64,000 nt of DNA from Candidatus Woesearchaeota archaeon (GCA_016928155.1 JAFGLG010000007.1:58973-122972); one strand, 5' to 3'. Shown: positions 1 to 8,820, counted from the first letter of the stretch. The notes: generated by a model not told the origin, from the sequence alone. Translations and numbers: made by a program.

Positions 1-473
1 AATATCAGCAGCCATGTGAAGCCCAGGCCGAGACCTTTGAGATAATAAACAGGCTCAGAGAATATCTGCTTCAGGGCAGATATAAGTCTATCAAGGAATG
101 CCTGCCTGTGCCCACCTGCATGAGATGTCATCCTGGATGCAAATGTGATCTTAGATGCTGAGGTTATCAGAAGAAATGATATCACAAGAGAATAAATGGC
201 CAGCAGGATACCATACATCACGATCTTTGATGCAACATCCTTTATCTGCTTCTCGATGGAATTTATGAGGGCAATGTTCTGGGAGGAGACAGCCTGGGCA
301 ATGTCCACTGTAGCCACTTTCTGCACCATATGGTCTATGGCCTGGCTTGTCGTCGATATGCCAAACCTGAAAAGCGCAAAGAATGCGATGAAGAGAAGGA
401 CAACAAACAAGGCCCTGGCAGGATCGATCCTGAATGATCCCAGGAAATCCCCCACAACTCTTTTATGCCTCAT
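1..473 (-). CDS. membrane protein, partial (C-terminus runs off the left edge)
   Basis: Minus-strand reading frame is open from ATG at 473 to position 1 (MRHKRVVGDFLGSFRIDPARALFVVLLFIAFFALF...) with two hydrophobic segments. TATA-like ATTTAAATA lies about 25 nt upstream. It is absent from the ORF track because it has no in-window stop. Confidence 0.5.
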   Translation of the reverse strand, partial: MRHKRVVGDFLGSFRIDPARALFVVLLFIAFFALFRFGISTTSQAIDHMVQKVATVDIAQAVSSQNIALINSIEKQIKDVASKIVMYGILLAIYSLVISFLLITSASKITFASRMTSHAGGHRQAFLDRLISALKQIFSEPVYYLKGLGLGFTWLLI

Positions 474-568
474 GCACCGCTTTTTGGCAAGGGGGTATTT
501 AAATGTTTTTCAAAACCTGCGCAAGAGCATTCAAAAATTTTATTAATCCGAAAGACCGGAGACTAATC

Positions 569-1264
569 ATGGGCTTCCAACAGAACCTGAAACAATTGGA
601 ACGAGAGCTTTCTGACAGCATGAAACAGAAACCTCAGAAGAGATTCAGTTTCATGAACCATGACAGGAGGATACAGAACGCGTATACATCAGTAAGGAGC
701 TCGCTATGGGAGACTGCAGCAGTCTTCGGGCCGAAGCATGAGAAAAGGATGAAGGAGCTGATCGACCTGGTGCTCGGCATAGATCCTGAAGAGAAAGAGA
801 AAGCGCTTGAGAAGGTGAGGAAAGCCCAGATGATGAGCGCGGATCTCTCCACAGACACTGACTCAGGAGCGCTGAAGCTTCCCAAATTCAACCTGCCGTC
901 AGCTATATGCGATGAGGTGAGGGCGGATCTCGCTGAGATGATGAGCTGCCATGAGAACAGGAATTACAGGAGCGCTGTCATACTCTGCGGGAGAGTGCTT
1001 GAGACCTGCCTCTTCAGGAAATATTTTGAAGTGACAGGAAAAGATCTTCTTGTGACATCACCAGGGCTCGGGCTGGGAAAGTTGATTGCGAAGCTTTCTG
1101 AGGCAAATTTCAAATTCGATCCAGGACTCTCCCAGCAGGTCCATCTCATAAACCAGGTGAGGATAGGCTCTGTGCACACAAAATCAGATGTGTTCAGGCC
1201 GTCTGGCGAGCAGGCTCATGCCATAATGCTTTTCACATTCGATGCTGTCAAAAAGCTATTCTGA
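569..1264 (+). CDS. DUF4145-like protein
   Basis: ORF 503..1264, with the probable start at MGFQQ (569) downstream of the shared TATA at about 495. The C-terminal half (NYRSAVILCGRVLETCLFRKYFE...LGKLIAKLSE...INQVRIGSVHTK) matches the DUF4145 layout as I recall it. Confidence 0.5.
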   Translation: MGFQQNLKQLERELSDSMKQKPQKRFSFMNHDRRIQNAYTSVRSSLWETAAVFGPKHEKRMKELIDLVLGIDPEEKEKALEKVRKAQMMSADLSTDTDSGALKLPKFNLPSAICDEVRADLAEMMSCHENRNYRSAVILCGRVLETCLFRKYFEVTGKDLLVTSPGLGLGKLIAKLSEANFKFDPGLSQQVHLINQVRIGSVHTKSDVFRPSGEQAHAIMLFTFDAVKKLF

Positions 1265-1372
1265 CCTTAAGCCAAGACCCTGGCAGAATCACCTGGATAA
1301 ATCCTTCTGACCCCAAGATTTAATAATCACCCCTAAATTCTTGTCAGAATCCCATCCTAAGGAGGTATAACC

Positions 1373-1879
1373 ATGAAAGACGTTTGGCTTACACAAGAAC
1401 AGATTGCAGGAATCGCAGGCAGCGATATAATACTTGACATGCAAGGATACAGCACAATACTCAGACGCAACCCTTCAAAGCAGACAATCCCCGGAAACAT
1501 CTATCTGGGGTATGCGCCGCTGGTCTCTGCCGGAGCCCTCGAGGCAGAGACAATAAGAGCTCTCAGAGACAATCCAGAATTCTCAAAGCTTGTCCATACA
1601 TTGACATTGCATTATGCACAGGATCCAGGAGCATTGCCGGACACACTGATCTCTGTGACATCAGCTTCAGGGCCTAACCTGCGTGAGAGCTCGCTGCTGT
1701 CAGACCTGGCGAGCCTGCTGATAATCCCCAACATACAACTCAATCTGGCGGAATCGGCAAACCCAGGAGAGTCAACAGCAGTATACAACTCTGTGAAGCT
1801 GATCGTGCAGCCGTACAATCCTGCAAGCCGCTATCATGATGTATTCAAGGCTGCAAGACCTCAGTTCAGGCTCTGGTGA
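1373..1879 (+). CDS. hypothetical protein
   Basis: 168-aa ORF preceded by a strong SD (TAAGGAGGT). No motif recognised. Confidence 0.6.
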   Translation: MKDVWLTQEQIAGIAGSDIILDMQGYSTILRRNPSKQTIPGNIYLGYAPLVSAGALEAETIRALRDNPEFSKLVHTLTLHYAQDPGALPDTLISVTSASGPNLRESSLLSDLASLLIIPNIQLNLAESANPGESTAVYNSVKLIVQPYNPASRYHDVFKAARPQFRLW

Positions 1880-1919
1880 CCAGAAAGATTAATATATGAT
1901 GAAGCACTCTTGATCCATC

Positions 1920-2501
1920 ATGACATGGAAAAAGATTTCTGACTCAGGGGACCTCAAGATCTTCGAGAAGAGCAGCAGCAGGCTGAACATCAGGATAGAG
2001 GCGAGGCTGACTGACAGGGGCTGGGAGATATACAAGAATTACAATGACGGCGAGAACAACAAGCTCATAGAGGAGTATGCTGTCGAGAACGAGAAAGAGC
2101 TCGACGAGCTCATGGAGAGCCTGAAGAGGGACAGGGACCTGTCCGAGAAGGATATAGACGTGATAAACAGGCTGAAGAAAGCAGAGCACAAGTTCGCATT
2201 CAAGAGATTATACAAGGGCAATGACTCCGAGAAATGGAGCATCGTGGTGAACGGGGGCAATGAGAATTTTGTCCTCGTGAAATACGGCGAGAACCTGGTG
2301 ATAGACCTCCTGCTCCATGAGAAATACAGATTCATAGCAGAGAGGTTCATGGATGAGATATACAAGACACTCATCGACGACGATTCTGCGCTGAAGATAA
2401 CAGAGAACATCCACTACTTCACAAAATCGACGACAAGGCGGGAAGAACTGCCCAAGAATGTGTATGTCAACAACATCGAGATGACATTCGGGGACCTATA
2501 A
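1920..2501 (+). CDS. hypothetical protein (charged, Lys/Glu-rich)
   Basis: 193-aa ORF with natural composition. No motif recognised. Confidence 0.55.
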   Translation: MTWKKISDSGDLKIFEKSSSRLNIRIEARLTDRGWEIYKNYNDGENNKLIEEYAVENEKELDELMESLKRDRDLSEKDIDVINRLKKAEHKFAFKRLYKGNDSEKWSIVVNGGNENFVLVKYGENLVIDLLLHEKYRFIAERFMDEIYKTLIDDDSALKITENIHYFTKSTTRREELPKNVYVNNIEMTFGDL

Positions 2502-2825
2502 GAATTCCCTGATGAACTCAGGCTGCTCAACCTGCTGCCTCATGAGATCAAGCCTTCTTTTCAGGACATCGCGCGATTCCGCGAGCTCCTTCCATTCCTT
2601 ATGGCCGATGCTCCCTATCTTCTGGAATGAATCCACTTCGAACCTGTCGGAATACATGACCTTCTTCCCGAAGTGCTCATGATCCGGGTCAGCCATGATG
2701 AAATGAGATTCTGTGTGAGGGGCATATTCCCTTGTGCCGACATACAATAATGTCTGCAGAGTGCCATCCTTGAGCTTCAGGTCGATTATGTCCCCCTCCA
2801 AAAGATGCTCCCTTGCTTTCTTCAT
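2496..2825 (-). CDS. hypothetical protein
   Basis: 109-aa ORF directly downstream of, and co-oriented with, the Ntn-hydrolase-like gene. Confidence 0.5.
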   Translation of the reverse strand: MKKAREHLLEGDIIDLKLKDGTLQTLLYVGTREYAPHTESHFIMADPDHEHFGKKVMYSDRFEVDSFQKIGSIGHKEWKELAESRDVLKRRLDLMRQQVEQPEFIREFL

Positions 2826-2870
2826 GGAACAGGAAATTGAGAAAGAGGTATTTAATGTTTTCCGTTGATA

Positions 2871-3818
2871 TCAGTGATTCCCGTTGAAATGCCTGGCATT
2901 CGCCCTTGCCTGCCAAGCCGAGTAAGGTATCGCCGTTGTAGTCAAGGCTTCGACATTAAGGTCAAGCTTCTTTGCGATAGTCACATAATCAGGACTGCCT
3001 GACATCACACTGGCCACAAGCTGCCTGGTCCTGTTGAGAGTGAGAGTATGATCATATTCAGTCATATAAGCAGCGCTGAGATTCACTATTGCGCAGACCT
3101 TATCCCTCCCGAGCAGGCTCACCCCTTCCTCATTTATCCTGACGATAGATGGAGTGCCGCCGACACCATGGTTAAGCTGAGCATCTGAATATGCATTAGC
3201 ACCAAAGAACATCAAGTCTGATAGACCAAGCTTATTTGTGTCAAGGCCCTGAAGCTTCTTGGCAAAATACAGCTGGGATGCGTCGCTCCCTGATCCTATC
3301 GGAAGATTCGAGTCAGTGCTTTCATGAGCTCCGCTCGCACTCACCTGGAACTGCCTTATCTTACTCTTGCTCTTATCATAAGCCACCACAATGATCCCGG
3401 TCTGTACAGTATTCATGCAGTCTTCTGCTTCCTTCAGCGCTTTTGACGTCTCGGTCTCAATATACTTCTGCCTTGTTTCGATAATAGGTATGGCTTCTGC
3501 CCTGAGCATGATCCTTTCAGATGCATCCTTGGCCACCTGTTCCACAGCATCCTTACGATAATCATGCAACATGCTCTCAATCTGCTTCACATAACTCTCT
3601 ATGAAGAATTTCTGCCCTGAGCCAGGTTCAGGAAGATTCTCAAGAACCCTTGAAAGGAACTCACCGTTACCTGCTCCATAAAGGACCCCATGGAATGTCT
3701 CATGCTCAAATGCACCCACTTTCTGCCACCTGTCAGACTCCCTGAACCCCATCGATACTTTTGCATCTGCCACAACAATCGCTTCCAATCCATTGTGCAT
3801 AGAGATCCCGACTGTCAT
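2871..3818 (-). CDS. proteasome-beta/HslV-like Ntn-hydrolase family protein with a helical insertion
   Basis: ORF 2871..3869. The start at 3818 gives M-TVGISMHNGLEAIVVADAKVS, placing Thr right after Met. A later IGSGSDASQLYFAKKL resembles the GSG motif of the proteasome beta family. TATA (TTTATATAA, plus 3843-3851) lies about 25 nt upstream of 3818 and would fall inside the longer ORF. Confidence 0.5.
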   Translation of the reverse strand: MTVGISMHNGLEAIVVADAKVSMGFRESDRWQKVGAFEHETFHGVLYGAGNGEFLSRVLENLPEPGSGQKFFIESYVKQIESMLHDYRKDAVEQVAKDASERIMLRAEAIPIIETRQKYIETETSKALKEAEDCMNTVQTGIIVVAYDKSKSKIRQFQVSASGAHESTDSNLPIGSGSDASQLYFAKKLQGLDTNKLGLSDLMFFGANAYSDAQLNHGVGGTPSIVRINEEGVSLLGRDKVCAIVNLSAAYMTEYDHTLTLNRTRQLVASVMSGSPDYVTIAKKLDLNVEALTTTAIPYSAWQARANARHFNGNH

Positions 3819-3965
3819 TTTAGGAAGGACACCCATCCGGGTTATATAAATATTATGGTGATTAATCACTAATAAGTAGCTAATAGATGATTTAATAAAT
3901 TATTTACAATAATGAAAATATATTGTGTGATGTCTCAGAAAACTCTTTTACCATAAATGGTCTTG

Positions 3966-5684
3966 TCAATTGTGTTCATGCATAGGATGTTCATGGCCCA
4001 TGCCTTTCCTATGCCCTATATTCTCTATATGGATAATCTTCTCTTTCAGGAACTTGTTCATGCTCATCCTGTTCTTCTCAATCATGGTCGAGAAATGCTT
4101 GCCTCCCAAGAAATGGGGCATGATGACATAGGTGGCACCGGCATCGTAAAGCTTGACAGCATCATCTATCTGATGGGAGACCACTGTGATTATCACCTTG
4201 CTGTTCACCTCTTTCACTTTGCTGATGATGAGAAGATTGGTCTCAGTTATCGGGATGGTTGATATTATCATCTTTGCTGAGGCATAATCAAGCTCGTTGA
4301 GAAGCTCTGAATCATTCGCGTCCCCATACCTGCATTCATACCCTTCCTTTGACAGGTTGGTGATGACTTCAGGATCATAATCCACAATAAGGAACCTCTT
4401 CTTTATCTTCTTCAATGACTCGAGGATATCAAAGCCGATCCTGTTGTAGCCGAAAAGGATGATGTCATGCTTGTCCTCCCTATGATGCCTGTGCTCGTCA
4501 ACCTTCTTCCCTTCTCTTTCGAACAATGAAAGATATGGGGAAAGGATCGGATAGATCCTGTTGGAATACAATATCATGTAAGTGGAGCCAGCAAAGGTTA
4601 TCAGGCCGACAGCTGTGACCAAAGAGAGGATTTCATTGCTCACATGGCCGACAGAGACTCCCATTGTCACGACAATCAATGAGAACTCGCTTATCTGGGC
4701 CACAGTCAGGCCTGCAAGGAAGCTGTTCCTCTTAGTATAACCAAGAAGGCCCATCAGGATCATCACAATGATAGGGTTGCCGATAAGCACAAACAAGGAG
4801 AGCAGGATGATGATGCCCATGTTCTGGAGAATATTCGAGAAGACCATCTGCGAGCCGATCATGATGAAGAACAGGATGATGAAGAAATCCCTCAGCGGCT
4901 TCAGCTTTGAGCTTATCTCAAAATGATAAGGGGACAATGAAAGGGTGATGCCTGCAAGCAGGGCGCCAGCCTCTATCGAGAAGTTCAAGTAATAGAATAC
5001 AGAGGAGACAGCAAAGCACCAGCTTATAGAGAACAAGAGCAGGAACTCCTGGGATCTCGCGATAATCTTGGTCAATGAAGGCAGGATGTATATCGTCAGG
5101 GCAAACAGGACAAGAATGCCGCCGATGCCTTTAAGGACAGTCTCAACAGCCATGGAAGCCAGATCAGTGCCGTTATTCAATGATGAGATGACCAGCAGGA
5201 CAATGATTGCGATGAAATCCTGGATGATGAGGAATCCTATGGATATCCTGCCGTAAAGGGATTCAAGATCCCTCTTGTCAGACAATAATTTCATGATGAC
5301 AATCGTGCTGCTGAATGCAAGGGCTATCGAGATATAGAAAGACACTATGTTCGAGAATCCCATCATCTTTGCGATGAAGAAACCTATCGAAGTAGTGAAG
5401 AGGACCTGGCCCACTCCTGTGATGAGGGAGATCTTGCCGACCTCCTTAATGACTTTAGGATTTAGATTGATGCCGACAAAGAAAAGCAGGAGTGCAACAC
5501 CGATATGGGAGAAGGCAGTGAAGGTCTCAACAGAATCAATGATGTTCAGCAGGAAAGGGCCTGCTACAATGCCGCTGATTATGTAACCTATTATGACTGG
5601 CTGCTTGAGGATCTTGGCCACGCCAGTGATCAAGATAGTGAGGACCAGGATCTTGCTCAGTTCCACAAAAATCTCAGGATCCAT
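3966..5684 (-). CDS. CPA2-family cation:proton antiporter (Kef-type) with C-terminal TrkA-N/RCK domain
   Basis: 572 aa. About 12 hydrophobic segments are followed by DIILFGYNRIGFDILESLKK...FLIVDYDPEV...GDANDSELL, a Rossmann-type RCK motif. Confidence 0.85.
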   Translation of the reverse strand: MDPEIFVELSKILVLTILITGVAKILKQPVIIGYIISGIVAGPFLLNIIDSVETFTAFSHIGVALLLFFVGINLNPKVIKEVGKISLITGVGQVLFTTSIGFFIAKMMGFSNIVSFYISIALAFSSTIVIMKLLSDKRDLESLYGRISIGFLIIQDFIAIIVLLVISSLNNGTDLASMAVETVLKGIGGILVLFALTIYILPSLTKIIARSQEFLLLFSISWCFAVSSVFYYLNFSIEAGALLAGITLSLSPYHFEISSKLKPLRDFFIILFFIMIGSQMVFSNILQNMGIIILLSLFVLIGNPIIVMILMGLLGYTKRNSFLAGLTVAQISEFSLIVVTMGVSVGHVSNEILSLVTAVGLITFAGSTYMILYSNRIYPILSPYLSLFEREGKKVDEHRHHREDKHDIILFGYNRIGFDILESLKKIKKRFLIVDYDPEVITNLSKEGYECRYGDANDSELLNELDYASAKMIISTIPITETNLLIISKVKEVNSKVIITVVSHQIDDAVKLYDAGATYVIMPHFLGGKHFSTMIEKNRMSMNKFLKEKIIHIENIGHRKGMGHEHPMHEHN

Positions 5685-5780
5685 GGCACTGACCTATATC
5701 TCACCTTTTTTCATATATCATCCCCCAGCCATTGCATATATAAATATTTCCCTGTGTCAGCTCTGTTCTCCTAGGCAATG

Positions 5781-5788
5781 TTTAAATA
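5781..5788 (+). promoter_or_regulatory. TATA box of the tRNA-Arg gene
   Basis: TTTAAATA ends 25 nt upstream of the mature tRNA 5-prime end at 5813. Confidence 0.5.
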
Positions 5789-5812
5789 ATCCACCTGATA
5801 TTTTGAGATTAT

Positions 5813-5932
5813 GCCCGTGTAGCATAGCCTGGATAGTGTACAACCCTGCGGAGGTTGTTACCCGGGTTCGAATGGACTCACTGTTGTTCGTAACTTTCGA
5901 TGACAGAGCCCTCGAAAGTCCCGGCACGGGCG
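5813..5932 (+). tRNA. tRNA-Arg(GCG) with a 46-nt intron in the T-loop
   Basis: Acceptor GCCCGTG/CACGGGC, anticodon arm CAACC-CTGCGGA-GGTTG, T-arm CCGGG-TTCGAAT-[5874..5919 intron]-CCCGG. The intron contains the hairpin CTTTCGA/TCGAAAG. Confidence 0.8.
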
Positions 5933-6064
5933 CTTATTCCTATACCCATAAAACCATTCTCCCTGCGTCAGACAGCTTCCAATCCTTTTCAGCATCTGCA
6001 TCAGTACTTGCATTAGGATCTGCATCACTATCTTTATATATCACATATACTTACTGTACTTACA

Positions 6065-6268
6065 GTGATTACCCTAATATTTTCAAAGCATGCAAGAGAG
6101 AGGATGATGCTCAGGGGCATCTCAGCCAGCGAGATAAGGCTGGCAATAGACAGAGACTCCAAGCAGATCCAAAGGCCTGACAAGATTCTCTACAGCTACA
6201 GATATTTCTGTGTTGTTGCGAAGAAGGTAAAGAACACATATTTCATAATAACAATCAAGCCAAGGTGA
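6065..6268 (+). CDS. DUF4258-family putative toxin
   Basis: 67 aa. (GTG)ITLIFSKHARERMMLRGISASEIRLAI matches the DUF4258 N-terminal signature as I recall it. It is followed after 4 nt by the antitoxin-like gene. Confidence 0.55.
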   Translation: MITLIFSKHARERMMLRGISASEIRLAIDRDSKQIQRPDKILYSYRYFCVVAKKVKNTYFIITIKPR

Positions 6269-6272
6269 TAAA

Positions 6273-6650
6273 ATGAAACCAATAAAATCCAAAGAATTTC
6301 CGGATAATCAGACATCAGGATCCCTGACATGCCCAATATGCAGAAAAGGGAAGCTGACAAAAGGAAAATCAAAGGAATACCTCTATGGGGTGTATCTCGG
6401 CGAATATGATGCACAGATATGCACTGTGTGCCATGAGATATTCCTCAACGAAGAATCTGTCAAGAAGATAGAGAAAAAAGCAAAGGAGAAAGGCATCTGG
6501 GGATTGGGCAAGAAGACCAAGATAACAAAATCAGGCAATTCAATAGCGATAAGGATATCAAAGGAACTGGCAGACTATCTCAAGCTTGAAGTCGGCAGGG
6601 AGGCATTCATACATCCTGAGAATAAAAGGATAATCATTGAGCCATTATGA
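6273..6650 (+). CDS. Zn-ribbon (MqsA/YgiT-like) plus AbrB/SpoVT-domain putative antitoxin
   Basis: CPICRKGKL...CTVCHEIF zinc ribbon followed by C-terminal ITKSGNSIAIRISKELADYLKLEVG, a swapped-hairpin AbrB-like motif. Confidence 0.55.
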   Translation: MKPIKSKEFPDNQTSGSLTCPICRKGKLTKGKSKEYLYGVYLGEYDAQICTVCHEIFLNEESVKKIEKKAKEKGIWGLGKKTKITKSGNSIAIRISKELADYLKLEVGREAFIHPENKRIIIEPL

Positions 6651-6653
6651 GAT

Positions 6654-7019
6654 TCAGATGAGGATGACATCAAGATCCTTGATCCTTGAGAAATGCCTGT
6701 CACAGGTCATGATAGGGATCTTGTGATTGATGCAGGTTGCTGCAAGGAAGATGTCCAGCTTGCCGGTCGGTTTGCCTTTCATATAAAGTGAAGCTTCCAA
6801 GTCTGCACTCTTGATTGCTGTCTCCTTGTCAAAAGGCAGGACTTCAACTGAGTTGATGAATCCCTTGATGAGCTCTTTCTGCTTTATGCAGACGAGAAGC
6901 TCATTGACTGTGATGGAGCTGACTGCAAAGGCCTTAGACTCCAGATGATCCCTTATCGCAGCACCTTTCTCTGTACCTGCCAATAATTCGATGACTGCAG
7001 AGGTGTCAAGCAGAATCAT
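6654..7019 (-). CDS. vapC: PIN-domain toxin VapC
   Basis: MILLDTSAVIELL start, conserved acidic positions and a C-terminal MTCDRHF motif. It overlaps the upstream antitoxin by 14 nt. Confidence 0.85.
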   Translation of the reverse strand: MILLDTSAVIELLAGTEKGAAIRDHLESKAFAVSSITVNELLVCIKQKELIKGFINSVEVLPFDKETAIKSADLEASLYMKGKPTGKLDIFLAATCINHKIPIMTCDRHFSRIKDLDVILI

Positions 7020-7242
7020 GATGCCTCCTGAATTCCTTCTCGATATCAGACCTTCTGGCTTTGATCTTTGATTTCAATTCCTTAAGATCAATATCTTTCA
7101 GTATGCCGAAGAACCTGTCAGCTGAAGGCGTCCTGCTCTTCGAGATTCTCAGGATGGCCTTGCTGAAGCTCTCATCACCATGCTTCATGCTCTTCAATGC
7201 ATTGTAAGCCTCTTCAGTTATTGTCAATGATTTTATTGCCAT
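7006..7242 (-). CDS. vapB: VapB-type antitoxin
   Basis: 78 aa. MAIKSLTITEEAYNALKSMKHGDESFSKAI is typical of archaeal VapB partners. It is translationally coupled to vapC. Confidence 0.7.
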   Translation of the reverse strand: MAIKSLTITEEAYNALKSMKHGDESFSKAILRISKSRTPSADRFFGILKDIDLKELKSKIKARRSDIEKEFRRHHDSA

Positions 7243-7244
7243 AT

Positions 7245-7264
7245 GTGTACACTTAAGTGTACAC
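7245..7264. promoter_or_regulatory. perfect 20-bp palindrome at the vapBC start (candidate operator)
   Basis: GTGTACACTTAAGTGTACAC is its own reverse complement. It lies 3 nt upstream of the vapB ATG and just downstream of a TATA-like ATAAATATAA on the coding strand. Confidence 0.5.
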
Positions 7265-7392
7265 TTATATTTATGGTTTTCTATGAAAACTCCTAAATAT
7301 CAAGGCTTAAAATAGGTTTACAAGGATTTTCCGAAGAACTTTTGGGTTAACTTTAAATATTAGTATATTTTTGTGTATACTCAGATTGTAAA

Positions 7393-7845
7393 ATGAATTA
7401 TGCGGAATATGTAGGATTGCAGATGGACACACCTCATAGATTCTTCTTTCCCTATTATGATACTTCAACCAGAACCATCTTAACACCTCATACAACAGAA
7501 TCAATCTACGAGCTTGCACAACATAGTGTGGAATTTCTTAGAGATTTCCTCGGAGCACTGAGAAAAGGATATAAACTAATGAGATTTGACAGCAAAGACC
7601 TGGAAACGCATACTTTGGATGAATCATTCAACATATTCAAACAAGCATTGATGGCAAGGATAAGATCACAGCGCGGGAAAGGGGAATACCACAATCCCAC
7701 ATCACCAGAGTGTGAGCTGTTCTATTCAAGCCTTACTGATCTATTGGGGCATGGAGAGAGATTCGGCAAGCTGGAAAGAGAATATGAAAGAGCATCAGGA
7801 TATCCAATAAATCCTGATCTGATTGTAAAACATCTGATGGATTAG
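7393..7845 (+). CDS. hypothetical protein
   Basis: 150-aa ORF. No motif recognised. Confidence 0.5.
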   Translation: MNYAEYVGLQMDTPHRFFFPYYDTSTRTILTPHTTESIYELAQHSVEFLRDFLGALRKGYKLMRFDSKDLETHTLDESFNIFKQALMARIRSQRGKGEYHNPTSPECELFYSSLTDLLGHGERFGKLEREYERASGYPINPDLIVKHLMD

Positions 7846-7857
7846 AGAGGTGAAAAG

Positions 7858-8322
7858 ATGGAGGAGAAAAACAACTATTATGGAATCATAGCAATAGTAG
7901 CCATAGTGGCTCTTGTCGGGGCATTTGCCTTGTTTTCTGGCAGAGATGTGAAGATAGATACAAGCAATCTTGGTGGAGACTCTGGTGGGAAAGCCATTGC
8001 GGTAAGCAAAGACAATATTATCAAGAAACAAATACTGCCAACAACAGGTTGGGTGAAGATTTCAACAAGCGGTCCATACCAATGGTGCAATGAGACTGAT
8101 GGTGGGAGGGAGCCTTTCTTTGCAGGATTTGCAATCGGCGGATTGAACAGCTATGAAGAATCCAAATATGACTCTTGCATGGGTACATACATATATGAAC
8201 AGGTTTGTAATTCAAATTATATAGAGACATGGAAGAGAGATTGCAGGGAATACAACTCAAGCCTGACATGCATAATACAGAATGCTTCAGGCTATCCAGC
8301 TGGAGCATGCGGAACATATTGA
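7858..8322 (+). CDS. small N-terminally anchored Cys-rich secreted protein
   Basis: MEEKNNYYGIIAIVAIVALVGAFALFSG hydrophobic N-terminus followed by a Cys-containing ectodomain. SD is GAGAGGTGA. Confidence 0.6.
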   Translation: MEEKNNYYGIIAIVAIVALVGAFALFSGRDVKIDTSNLGGDSGGKAIAVSKDNIIKKQILPTTGWVKISTSGPYQWCNETDGGREPFFAGFAIGGLNSYEESKYDSCMGTYIYEQVCNSNYIETWKRDCREYNSSLTCIIQNASGYPAGACGTY

Positions 8323-8334
8323 AGAGGTGAACAA

Positions 8335-8724
8335 ATGGAAGAAAAATCAAAAGGAAGTTTTGCGTATCTTGCGATTGTTGCGATAGTTGCGATTGTCGCA
8401 TTGGTTGTGCTGATAAAAGGAAGTTCTTCTACTGGACAACAATATCATACTTTTCCCATAATTGGAAGTGATATTGCTGGACAACCTATCAAGGATCCTA
8501 GTTCAGTGAAGAAAGACATCTGTACCAACTGTGTTAACACTTGTAAGAAAGATACATCAGAAGAAAATCTTGTAGTATGTGCTGAAAAATGTTCAATTTC
8601 TTGTCAGAATTTCACTTCTGGACTGTGGGAGGAGATAAAAGAATTATTCAAGTGTCTGATTAGAAACTATGGGGATTATTGGGCTCAGAAAGCATGTTAC
8701 GATGCGGTTGCAGAGGCCATTTAA
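8335..8724 (+). CDS. small N-terminally anchored Cys-rich secreted protein (paralog-like N-terminus)
   Basis: MEEKSKGSFAYLAIVAIVAIVALVVLI shares the MEEK..IVAIVAIVALV leader with the preceding gene. It contains 8 Cys. Confidence 0.6.
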   Translation: MEEKSKGSFAYLAIVAIVAIVALVVLIKGSSSTGQQYHTFPIIGSDIAGQPIKDPSSVKKDICTNCVNTCKKDTSEENLVVCAEKCSISCQNFTSGLWEEIKELFKCLIRNYGDYWAQKACYDAVAEAI

Positions 8725-8820
8725 CTGCATAAATATTTTTTTCATTTTTTATTAAAACTGGCGAATAACCTGTCCTTTAGGGCAGGTTGTAGTCAGTAAT
8801 CTTTTTTGTTATTTCTTCTG

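Noticed and set aside
196-546. 116-aa plus-strand ORF at the left edge
   Set aside because: It is antisense to a more convincing minus-strand membrane-protein frame (1..473) that has a TATA at the right distance. Its composition (Trp/Met/Cys/Phe-rich) looks like an antisense artefact.
5593-6180. 195-aa ORF spanning the tRNA-Arg gene
   Set aside because: It overlaps a well-folded tRNA and its promoter, and it has a low-complexity Ser/Leu/Cys-rich sequence.
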